In this document: piece by piece, positions 1 to 7,654 of the stretch
Layout: each line of letters begins with the position of its first letter
How positions within the stretch are numbered: position 1 is the stretch's first letter
NCBI RefSeq assembly: GCF_006345805.1
Contig: NW_021825342.1
Span: 1 to 15,768 of the forward strand
Length of the DNA stretch: 15,768 bases
Source: Octopus sinensis
Taxonomy: Eukaryota
Reading direction: 5' to 3'
Position numbers and translations under genes: made by a program
The notes under the pieces: generated by a model
Database searches by the model: none
What the model was told of the DNA's origin: nothing
The model's input: the letters and a program-made list of their open reading frames with translations, nothing else

Positions 1-88
1 GGAGCTCTTCGTCGGAAACATTGGAGAAGGAAATAACCAGAGAAGGGAAGAAAGAGGAAAAAAAATCGCCAACGGTACACACGCGGTC
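1..88 (-). mobile_element. Fragment of a dispersed repeat, probably a Penelope-like terminal repeat (copy 1; runs off the window start)
   Basis: 37-88 (ccagagaagggaagaaagaggaaaaaaaatcgccaacggtacacacgcggtc) recurs at 430-480. The minus strand at the window edge reads TTTCCGACGAAGAGCTCC, like the first half of a hammerhead core. Family assignment is from recall only. Confidence 0.4.
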
Positions 89-106
89 CGAGGATTACTG
101 TATATA

Positions 107-418
107 CAGTGGGGGAAATAAATATTCATACATGTCAAAATTCTTTATTTATTTAATTTCTAATGAACATAAATGGGATATACCAATACTATATTTGCAT
201 ACACATGCATAAACTAAGATATGCAAAGAACTAATAATTATAGGAACTAAGGAATTATATACAATTATAAATATTTAGGGGTGTGAAAAAGTATTCGTAC
301 AGAAATAAATACTGATAATTCTGATTTAATACTTCGTAGCATAACCATTATTCAGTTCCACTTCAACCAATCTCTTCTTGTAGTTTTCGTAATCAATGAT
401 TCGCATGTTTCTTTAGGA
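107..418 (-). mobile_element. Tc1-like transposon 3' end (IR/DR-type terminal repeat plus transposase C-terminus)
   Basis: Terminus TA|CAGTGGGGGAAATAAATATTCATACA at 105-132. Inner direct repeat GGGGTGTGAAAAAGTATTCGTACA at 278-301. Minus strand 418-326 reads PKETCESLIT/(frameshift)/NYKKRLVEVELNNGYATKY*, the typical Tc1 C-terminal RL..V....G..TKY* motif. Minus-strand AATAAA lies inside the repeat at about 144-154. Confidence 0.85.
326..418 (-). pseudogene. Tc1 transposase C-terminal fragment, frameshifted
   Basis: Manual translation gives FPKETCESLITK in one frame, then ENYKKRLVEVELNNGYATKY* in another. The stop codon is at 328-326. Confidence 0.8.
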
Positions 419-482
419 AAAGGAAAGATCCAGAGAAGGGAAATCGGAGGAAAAAAATCGCCAACGGTACACACGCGGTCAC
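416..482 (-). mobile_element. Second copy of the Penelope-like terminal-repeat fragment, truncating the Tc1 relic
   Basis: Near-identical to 37-88, sharing gaggaaaaaaa(a)tcgccaacggtacacacgcggtc. Confidence 0.5.
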
Positions 483-487
483 ATTAA

Positions 488-650
488 CCCATACCTAACC
501 ACTAACCACTAAGCCATTCATATATATATATGTATATATAATACATACACACATACATATACATATTAGACAAAATGAGATGACAAAGCCAAGGCCGTGA
601 GGAGTTTTCAGGACATTTATAAGGAAAAAGATATAGATATAGTCTCAGAG
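488..650 (+). mobile_element. End fragment of a non-autonomous element with a TTAA|CCC terminus (piggyBac-like MITE)
   Basis: TTAA at 484-487 is followed by CCCATACCTAACCACTAACCACTAAGCCATTCATATATA. The same end recurs at about 1241-1298 and 1340-1392. Segment 570-630 recurs inverted at 2981-3041 (56/61 identical). TTAA target with CCC terminus is the piggyBac hallmark; the assignment is inference. Confidence 0.5.
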
Positions 651-711
651 TTGTTTCTAGGTTTTTAGGGATATCATAATATCCCAGAAAAGTGGAATCA
701 ATTTAATCATT

Positions 712-885
712 GGCGCATGCATGATTGTGTGTTAAGGAGTTTGCTTCTTAGCCACATGGTTCCAGGTTCAGTTTCACTGCATGCTGCATGGCATCTTGGG
801 ATAGTGTCTTCTACGATAGCTTTGGGCCGACCAAAACCTTGTGAGTGGATTCGGTACAGGGAAACCGAAAGAAACTAGTCGTATG
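712..885 (+). mobile_element. SINE family B (tRNA-derived, CORE-like; Octopus OK/OR-type), degenerate 5' half
   Basis: Aligns with 2611-2760 and 13548-13700: ccacatggttcc.ggttcagt...ggcatcttggg..agtgtcttcta..atagc...gggccgaccaaa.ccttgtgagtggatt.ggta...gaaac.gaaagaa. Confidence 0.8.
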
Positions 886-924
886 TATGTATGAATGTGT
901 GTGTGTGTGTGTGTGCGTGTGTGT

Positions 925-964
<40 letters not shown>

Positions 965-980
965 TGAGTGTGCGCGTGTA
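885..980. repeat. (TATG)n/(TG)n microsatellite
   Basis: Seen directly. It sits at the usual internal microsatellite position of SINE B. Confidence 0.95.
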
Positions 981-984
981 TGTG

Positions 985-1245
985 ATATGATGGACTCTCC
1001 TGTCGTTAAACGATGTTTGAGGGTTCGACCATTTCTAACCGAACAACCACACATGATTTGTTTATAGTGATCAAATGTGATCAGATCGACATTACCTGTA
1101 CAGGTGCAACGGGTGCCACGTGTCAAATGTCGAAATGATCGCAGAGCAACGTGAAATGAAGTGCTCAAGAACACAACTCAGCACCTGGTCTGGGAATCGA
1201 ACCCATGATCTCGCAGTCTTGAGTGCAACACCCAAACCACTAACC
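985..1245 (-). mobile_element. SINE family C (tRNA-derived, CORE-like)
   Basis: Minus strand reads GGTTAGTGGTTTGGGTGTTGCACTCAAGACTGCGAGATCATGGGTTCGATTCCCAGACC: an A-box-like TAGTGG and a near-perfect B box GGTTCGATTCC (1192-1204). It is followed by a CORE-like GTGTTCTTGAGCACTTCATTTCAC. Confidence 0.75.
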
Positions 1246-1392
1246 CATGCCTAACCACTAACCACTAAGGCATTCATATATATATATGTATGTATATATG
1301 AATATCTATGTATATACGAATATCTATATATATAAATATTTAATCCATGCCTGACAACCTAACCACTAACCCATTCATATCTATATATATAT
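1241..1392 (+). mobile_element. Two further copies of the TTAA|CCC element end (about 1241-1298 and 1340-1392)
   Basis: taacccatgcctaaccactaaccactaaggcattcatatatatat and ttaatccatgcctgacaacctaaccactaacccattcatatctatata both match 484-540. Confidence 0.55.
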
Positions 1393-1399
1393 ATACCAC

Positions 1400-1595
1400 T
1401 TCTTGACAACCAGTGCTTGTGTGTTTGCGTCCCCGTAACCTAGTGGGTCGGCAACAATGACCGATAGAATAAGTGTCAGGCTCTTCTTTTTTAAAAAACA
1501 AAGTACTGGGCTCGATTCTTCCGACTAAAATTCGTCAAGGCGGTGCCCCAGTATGACCGCAATCTAGTATCTGAAACAATTAAAAACTAAAAGAT
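1400..1595 (+). mobile_element. SINE family B, 3' half
   Basis: cttgacaacc.gtgct.gtgtgttt.cgtccccgtaac...ccgatagaataagt...aaggcggtgccccagtatgaccgca...ctgaaaca aligns with 13825-14000. Confidence 0.8.
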
Positions 1596-1744
1596 GTATC
1601 TGTTTGGATATGTCTGACTCGGAGCTAAATGACAACTGCTTCAGGTAGCCCAGTTAGATTAATTTCAAGTGACCAAGCTGTTACGTGTATAATACTTATT
1701 GCTTCTGTCAACAAAACTGTCATCGTCTGTCATATCTAGCATGA

Positions 1745-1764
1745 GAAATACATACATACATACA

Positions 1765-1798
<34 letters not shown>

Positions 1799-1912
1799 CA
1801 TAATACATACATACATACATACATACATCCATACATACATACATACATACATAAATACATACATACGTACATGGATACATACTTATACATTACATATAAC
1901 ACATATATATAT
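1745..1912. repeat. (TACA)n microsatellite with TA tail
   Basis: Seen directly. It is the source of the MYVC-repeat ORFs. Confidence 0.95.
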
Positions 1913-2039
1913 ATATAACTTTTTTTGATAAGGTTCATTTCAGGAACTGAACATGTTATAATGTATATATAAAATTAAAAATTTATAATACAGCAGCATT
2001 TTCGAACTTCATTTTTTTACAAAATATATAATATATATT

Positions 2040-2434
2040 TTTTTTACTTGTTCATCCAGTCATTTGGACTGCGGCCATCTGAGCACCGCCTTTAATCGAG
2101 CAACTCGACCCCGGGACTTATTCTTTTTGTAAGCCCAGTACTTATTCTATCGGTCTCTTTTTGCCGAACCGCTAAGTGACGGGGACGTAAACCACCAGCA
2201 TCGGTTGTCAAGCAATGCTAGGGGAACAAACACGACACACAACACACACACATACATATATATATATATAAACATATATACGACAGGCTTCTTTTCAGTT
2301 TTCCGTCTACCAAATCCACTCACAAGGCATTGGTCGGCCCGGGGCTATAGCAGAAGACACTTGCCCAGATGCCACGCAGTGGGACTGAACCCAGAACATG
2401 TGGTTGGTTAGCAAGCTACTTACCACACAGCCAC
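2040..2434 (-). mobile_element. SINE family B, near full length
   Basis: Reverse complement of 13548-14011. The head GTGGCTGTGTGGTAAGTAGCTTGC (A-box-like) and GGGTTCAGTCCC (B-box-like) are followed by an internal TA/TG tract and the tail ...GGCCGCAGTCCAAATGACTGGATGAACAAGTAAAAA. Confidence 0.9.
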
Positions 2435-2610
2435 ATAATCTATATACACATACATACATACACGTGTGGATGCATGGACAGCTGCATCATACATTCATGA
2501 ACACAGAGACAAGCCTATATACTCGCACACAACACACACACACACAATATTGCATATATAGATATATATATATATATGAAGAGGTATCGGTAAATATTTT
2601 GGACAAAATA

Positions 2611-2768
2611 GGCGCAGGAGTGGCTTTGTGGTAAGTAGCTTGCCTACCAGCCACATGGTTCCGGGCATGGCATCTTGGTCAGATTTCTTCTACTATAGCC
2701 TCGGGCCGACCAAAGCCTTGTGGATGGACTTGGTAGACGGAAACTGCGAGAAATCCGTCGTATATATG

Positions 2769-2850
<82 letters not shown>

Positions 2851-2852
2851 TG

Positions 2853-2891
<39 letters not shown>

Positions 2892-2982
2892 GTGTGTATA
2901 TGTGTATATGTTCGTGTGTCTGTGTTTGTCCCCCCCCACATCGCTTGACAACCGATGGTGGCGTGTTTACCTCCCCGTAACT
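2611..2982 (+). mobile_element. SINE family B, 3'-truncated, B-box region deleted, with expanded internal (TA)n(TG)n
   Basis: Starts GGCGCAGGAGTGGCTTTGTGGTAAGTAGCTTGC. The microsatellite spans about 2760-2910. It ends at ccgtaactt, where it joins the 2981-3041 fragment. Confidence 0.9.
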
Positions 2983-3041
2983 TTTTCCTTATAAATGTCC
3001 TGAAAACTTCCCACAACCTTGGCTTTGTTATCTCATTTTGT
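2981..3041 (-). mobile_element. Inverted copy of 570-630 (TTAA|CCC element internal fragment)
   Basis: Manual alignment of the reverse complement of 570-630 with 2981-3041 gives 56/61 identity. Confidence 0.8.
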
Positions 3042-3053
3042 AAAATCATACAA

Positions 3054-3146
3054 GTAAAATCTATTTGCCAACATAAATTGGTCCTGATTAGGACGATGTT
3101 ACTACCCTTTTTAGCCCCAGGAAAACATCTTTTCCAGCTGGCTACC
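3054..3146 (+). repeat. Approximately 95-bp direct repeat, copy 1 (unclassified)
   Basis: gtaaaatctatttgcc...gtcctgattaggacgatgttactaccctttttagccccaggaaaacatcttttccagctggctacc recurs at 3630-3726. Confidence 0.85.
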
Positions 3147-3388
3147 AACGCACAACTGCATCCCCCGACAAGGGAGTTAATGTTCCCACTCACCTTAAAC
3201 GGTACCTTGTTTCTGGGTTATTTCTTTTCGTCGTCGCAGGATAACTGTTGGCTAGAGATGGCAGCGCTAGGCCCTTCTCCAGTTATATACTTTTAAAATG
3301 ACACACAGTCACTCATCTCATTAAGAGGAAAACAATTAGTCTTCAATCTCCGAGCGAGAAGTAAGTAGTAACGGTACTGCAGAGTAAA

Positions 3389-3619
3389 AGGCGGCGAGCT
3401 GGCTGAAACGTTAGCACGCCGGGCGAAATGCTTAGCGGTATTTCGTCTGCGTTACGTTGTGAGTTCAAATTCCGCCGAGGTCGACTTTGCCTTTCATCCT
3501 TTCGGGGTCGATAAATTAAGTACCAGTTACGCACTGGGGTCGATGTAATCGACTTAATACCTATGTCTGTCCTTTTTGTCCCCTCTGTGTTTAGCCCCTT
3601 GTGGGTAATAAAGAAATAT
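3389..3619 (+). mobile_element. SINE family A (tRNA-derived, Meta-domain-like core), full length with 15-bp target-site duplication
   Basis: Head AGGCGGCGAGCTGGCTGAAACGTTAG, B-box-like GAGTTCAAATTCC, core GAGGTCGACTTTGCCTTTCATCCTTTCGGGGTCGATAAATTAAGTACCAG and tail AATAAAGAAATA. TSD is gtactgcagagtaaa (3374-3388) / gtactacagagtaaa (3620-3634), one mismatch. The MetaSINE resemblance is from recall. Confidence 0.92.
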
Positions 3620-3629
3620 GTACTACAGA

Positions 3630-3726
3630 GTAAAGTCTATTTGCCTTCGTAAAATAGCAGTCCTGATTAAGACGATGTTACTACCTTTTTTTAGCCCCAG
3701 GAAAACATCTTTTTCAGCTGGCTACC
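3630..3726 (+). repeat. Approximately 95-bp direct repeat, copy 2
   Basis: See 3054-3146. Confidence 0.85.
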
Positions 3727-4177
3727 GACTACTAGGAACATACCCAATGCTTAAATAATTATATATATACAATTTAAATTATATCATCGGCGAGTTAACT
3801 TGGAATTCCCTAACGACAACGTAGCCTTCATATAATTAAGGTATCTTCAGCCTGACTAGTAGCTGGCTGAGTACCCCTCTTTGAGTAATTATTATATCTG
3901 ACGATCTGCTAGCTAGGAAGCATATGTAGCCAGAACTTTACCTGTTCCACTCCCTCAATTTGGATTTCTATTCGCATTCATAGTGACTCAAGTTGCTAAC
4001 TGTGGATTATATAATTTTTTTTTTCAGTTTACCGAACTTCGATATGGGAAAAGCCCACAACCCTCGCACATAACTTATTTTTGTTCCTGAACCTTGTTTG
4101 TTTATATCTATTTCGGACTGCTCAAAGCTTACAAACTTCCCACACTTAGATCCTTGGATATTATAATTACATATCGA

Positions 4178-4256
4178 TGTGTGTGTGTGTGTGTGTGTGA
4201 ATGTATGTCTATGTATGTGTGTTATATGTACATATATGTATGTATGTGTGTATATA

Positions 4257-4339
<83 letters not shown>

Positions 4340-4341
4340 CA

Positions 4342-4391
<50 letters not shown>

Positions 4392-4410
4392 CAGACATAT
4401 ATATATATAG
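4178..4410. repeat. Compound (TG)n/(TATG)n/(TA)n microsatellite
   Basis: Seen directly. Confidence 0.95.
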
Positions 4411-4499
4411 TTGAAATTTATAGAAAAACAAAAGACGAAGACAGGTGTATGAACAACAAGCCGTGTATTGTTTTTGACGTCGGAAAAATGAAAATATCT

Positions 4500-4536
4500 A
4501 ACTATCTATCTATAATATATATATATATATATCTAT

Positions 4537-4578
<42 letters not shown>

Positions 4579-4579
4579 C

Positions 4580-4644
<65 letters not shown>

Positions 4645-4662
4645 TATATCTGTGTGTGTGTG
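4500..4662. repeat. Interrupted (TA)n microsatellite with short TG tail
   Basis: Seen directly. Confidence 0.95.
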
Positions 4663-4881
4663 TAAATTCATCCAATTTGCTCGCGTTTTCATTTATTCAT
4701 AAATGCCATGACGAAAAGTCTAGGAGTGTTCATGATATAATCCGAATTATTTAATCAATGTTAGATAATCAGTGCTCATATTCCTGTTTCCAGCTTGTTA
4801 ACTGGTTTGTTGCTTATATATTGTTAAACCAGCTGTAACCGAGGAATAAATATGATATCAGTTCATCCATTCTAGCTTGCA

Positions 4882-4883
<2 letters not shown>

Positions 4884-4924
<41 letters not shown>

Positions 4925-4925
4925 T
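4884..4925. repeat. (CA)n microsatellite
   Basis: Seen directly. Confidence 0.95.
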
Positions 4926-4985
4926 ACCAGAGTAAGCACATAAATGTGAAACAAGGTGCAATATATATATCATATAAATAATATA

Positions 4986-5174
4986 TAAATATATGCATAC
5001 GTACATACATATATGTACATACCTACATCTATATGTATATATACATGCATATATGGGTACAGGATATTAAAAAAACGACATAATTATAACAAGGGCTTTT
5101 ATAATTATGTATATAATTATAAAATATTTATATTAATTTACCTACGAGGTTTTATTTCCGTGCTGACAACTTGG

Positions 5175-5241
<67 letters not shown>

Positions 5242-5590
5242 TTATAATTTAATAAATAAATATATGCATACATACATCCATATGTACGTACCTACATCTA
5301 CATGTATATATACATGCATATATATATATATATGTGTGTGTGATTACAGGACACCACAAATAAACGTAGAACACAACGAGAAACGAAAGCATAACAACTA
5401 GGAAACGGACTTTTTTTTAACAACGAAAAAACAGAGTACAGGACACACAATACAAGGAATATTCCCCTTCATCAGCTGTCCCTGGATCGACTCAATGCGT
5501 GTTTTAAAGGTAAGGACAGAACACGACCCGTCGATCCAGTACTTCCTGCGAAAGAATTAAAATAAAATTCTTTTGCAGAGGGGTAAAAAA
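4986..5590 (-). mobile_element. Tandem partial copies of a structured dispersed repeat (possible Penelope-like terminal repeats): 4986-5064 and 5257-5590
   Basis: taaatatatgcatac.tacat.catatgtac.tacctacatcta.atgtatatatacatgcatatat...tacagga occurs twice, separated by a (TA)n tract (5177-5240). The second copy continues into a multi-hairpin segment with CTGATGA on the minus strand. Classification is inference. Confidence 0.35.
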
Positions 5591-5599
5591 AAAGTAAGT

Positions 5600-5632
<33 letters not shown>

Positions 5633-5761
5633 AATAAGAAAATGGAGGAACAAATTCATTTCAATCATCAACTTACAGATATTACCATTTCATATTATTT
5701 ATTAACTAGGAACATCCAAATCGAACAAAACAATATACATCAATATGCAAGATAACAATAC

Positions 5762-6335
5762 CAGTTTGCATTAAGGGAAAATACCCGACAATATCCCATA
5801 GAAAAATAAAAGTATATTAGAAAATTTAAAAAAATTGAAATCAGTTATATTATGGCTGAGAGATAACAGTTTGCTCTAAGTAACCGGTCTCAGCTCCCAC
5901 CCCGGCCTCACTGTGTCCCTAGGAAGATCTTGATCTTGATCACCAGTTCGACGTAAAGTGCTTTTCCCAACCGCACCCACACATATTAATCCATGGGATC
6001 ACAATCGGTAAATGCAGGAGGTAAGAAATTGTGGGTGGTGAAGTCTTAGAAATTCTCCAATGATTACTTCTGACACTTTCCCGAAACAGTCCTTTCCAGC
6101 TAGGATGTCTACTGTCATTAGCAGCTTCACATAGTCGTCAGAATTGAACCTAAGTCCCTGTTCATAGACAAGGGAACATTTTCGGTGTGCGGATGCTGTC
6201 AGAACGCCTGCAGTGTCCCTTCCTACAGGTCATGGCTTCGTAGTCTCCGTTGCTGTTGTCCATGGCGTGGTTACAGACTTTACAGTAGTCATGATATCGG
6301 CATTTTGATACTCTGCGTGAACCATTATGTATATC
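5762..6335 (-). mobile_element. Internally deleted, degenerate mariner/maT (DD37D-like) transposon
   Basis: Minus-strand manual translation, with stops and frameshifts: IMVHAEYQNADIM..; MDNSNGDYEAMTCRKGHCRRSDSIRTPK; LVYEQGLRFNSDDYVKLL; LER..SGKCQK*SLENF*DFTTHNFLPPAFTDCDPMD*YVW (matching the mariner WPPNSPDxNPxDY motif); C-terminal AETGYLE. Confidence 0.8.
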
Positions 6336-6338
6336 CCG

Positions 6339-6571
6339 AAGGCGGCGAGCTGGCAGAAATGTTAGCGCGCCGGGCGAAATGCTTAGCGGTATTTCTTCTG
6401 CCGCTACGTTCTGAGTTCAAATTCCGCCGAGGTCGACTTGCCCTTCATCCTTTCGGGGTCGATTAAATAAGTACCAGTTGCACATTGGAGTCGATATAAT
6501 CGACTTAATCCGTTTGTCTGTCCTTGTTTGTACTCTCTCTGCTTAGCCCCTTGTGGGTAGTAAAGAAATAG
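6339..6571 (+). mobile_element. SINE family A, array unit 1 (full length)
   Basis: Aligns end to end with 3389-3619. Confidence 0.92.
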
Positions 6572-6755
6572 CTATTTCTTCTGCCGTTATGTTCTGAGTT
6601 CAAATTCCGCCGAGGTCGACTTTGCATTTCATCTTTTCGGGGGTCGATAAATTAAGTACCAGTTACGCACTGGAGTCGATGTAATCGACGTAATCCCTTT
6701 GTCTGTCCTTGTTTGTCCCCTCTATGCTTAGCCCCTTGTAGGCAATAAAGAAATA
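6572..6755 (+). mobile_element. SINE family A, array unit 2 (5'-truncated at tatttc)
   Basis: Body and tail align with 3440-3619. Confidence 0.9.
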
Positions 6756-6942
6756 AGAAACATTAGCACGTCGAGCGAAATGCTTAGCGGTATTTCGTCT
6801 GCCGTTACGTTCTGAGTTCAAATTCTGCCGAGGTTGACTTTGCATTTCATCCTTTCGGGGTCGATTAAATAAGTACCAGTTACTCAATGGGGCCGATATA
6901 ATCGACTTAATCCGTTTGTGGGTAGCAAAGAAATAGAAATAG
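6756..6942 (+). mobile_element. SINE family A, array unit 3 (starts at agaaac; internal deletion before the tail)
   Basis: agaaacattagcacgtcgagcgaaatgcttagcggtatttcg... The deletion junction is taatccgtttg|tgggtag, with ttg microhomology. Confidence 0.9.
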
Positions 6943-7110
6943 GTATTTCGTCTGCCTTTACGTTTTGAGTTCAAATTCCGCTGAGGTCGACTTTGCCTTT
7001 CATCCTTTCGGAGTCGATAAATTAAGAGTCAGTTGCGTACTGGGGTCGATCTAATCGACTGGCCATCTCCTCAAAGATTTCGATCCTTGTGCCTAGATTT
7101 GAGAAGATTA
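6943..7110 (+). mobile_element. SINE family A, array unit 4 (5'-truncated; alternative tail)
   Basis: The core matches family A. The tail ggccatctcctcaaagatttcgatccttgtgcctagatttgagaag differs from units 1-3 and resembles 11850-11895. Confidence 0.85.
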
Positions 7111-7654
7111 TGATACAGCCCTCCACATCAGACAACTTTTTCTCAGTTACAACTTTTATATTTATGTTCTCCAACGCTGTCGACTGTTCGACAATACATG
7201 AAGTTATTCCTGGAAAAAGGAGAACTAAAAAATCGTCAAATTTAGCTCGAACTACCTGTGTGTATGTGTGTGTGTGTATCTCACTCTCTCTGTATACACA
7301 CACACGTATTCACGTATTCATCTATCTATCATACGTACACACATACATACATTCACCTCTGATGTCTCCTGACTGTCTTTCGCACATCTATACGTGCAGA
7401 TGTGGGTGTAGTGTGTGTATATGTATCTACGTGTGAATGTGTATGTGTATGTGTATGTGTGTGCACGTATTTGTGCGCGCGCAAGTAGATAACATCAATG
7501 TCCACAGATGACACCTAGACAGTTCTGGATACGAAACAGCGGGAGAAAACCGCATTATTGCCGGATAAACTGTCACAGTATCTCTAGTTAATCCGCAATA
7601 GACTTCTGTCCTACCACTACAGTGTTTGGGGGTCTGTATAAGTGCATGGAAACA

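Noticed and set aside
1190-1245. tRNA-like A/B boxes as a true tRNA gene (also the family A and B heads)
   Set aside because: I could not build a complete cloverleaf. The boxes are followed by SINE core sequence shared with dispersed copies.
3835-3925. CTGAAGA (minus) and CTGACGA (plus) as hammerhead boxes
   Set aside because: Neither is followed by a proper stem II plus GAAA; both are followed by GAAG without supporting stems.
4015-4135. Strong polypyrimidine-AG acceptor at about 4027
   Set aside because: There is no downstream GT donor in an open frame, and no recognisable peptide.
4405-4490. Short unique-looking segment between TA tracts, and 4927-4958, possibly further Penelope-like fragments
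   Set aside because: There is no second copy in the window to support them; the identification would rest on memory alone.
7022-7303. Minus-strand ORF with a protein-like middle (VVRAKFDDFLVLLFPGITSCIVEQ...) and a possible CAG acceptor near 7256
   Set aside because: Its 3' third is antisense SINE tail and its 5' end is microsatellite. There is no convincing donor and no recognisable domain.
7553-7578. tattgccggataaactgtcac as a possible TIR of the maT-like element
   Set aside because: There is no partner TIR in the window, and the orientation does not fit the 5762-6335 element. The resemblance rests on recall only.
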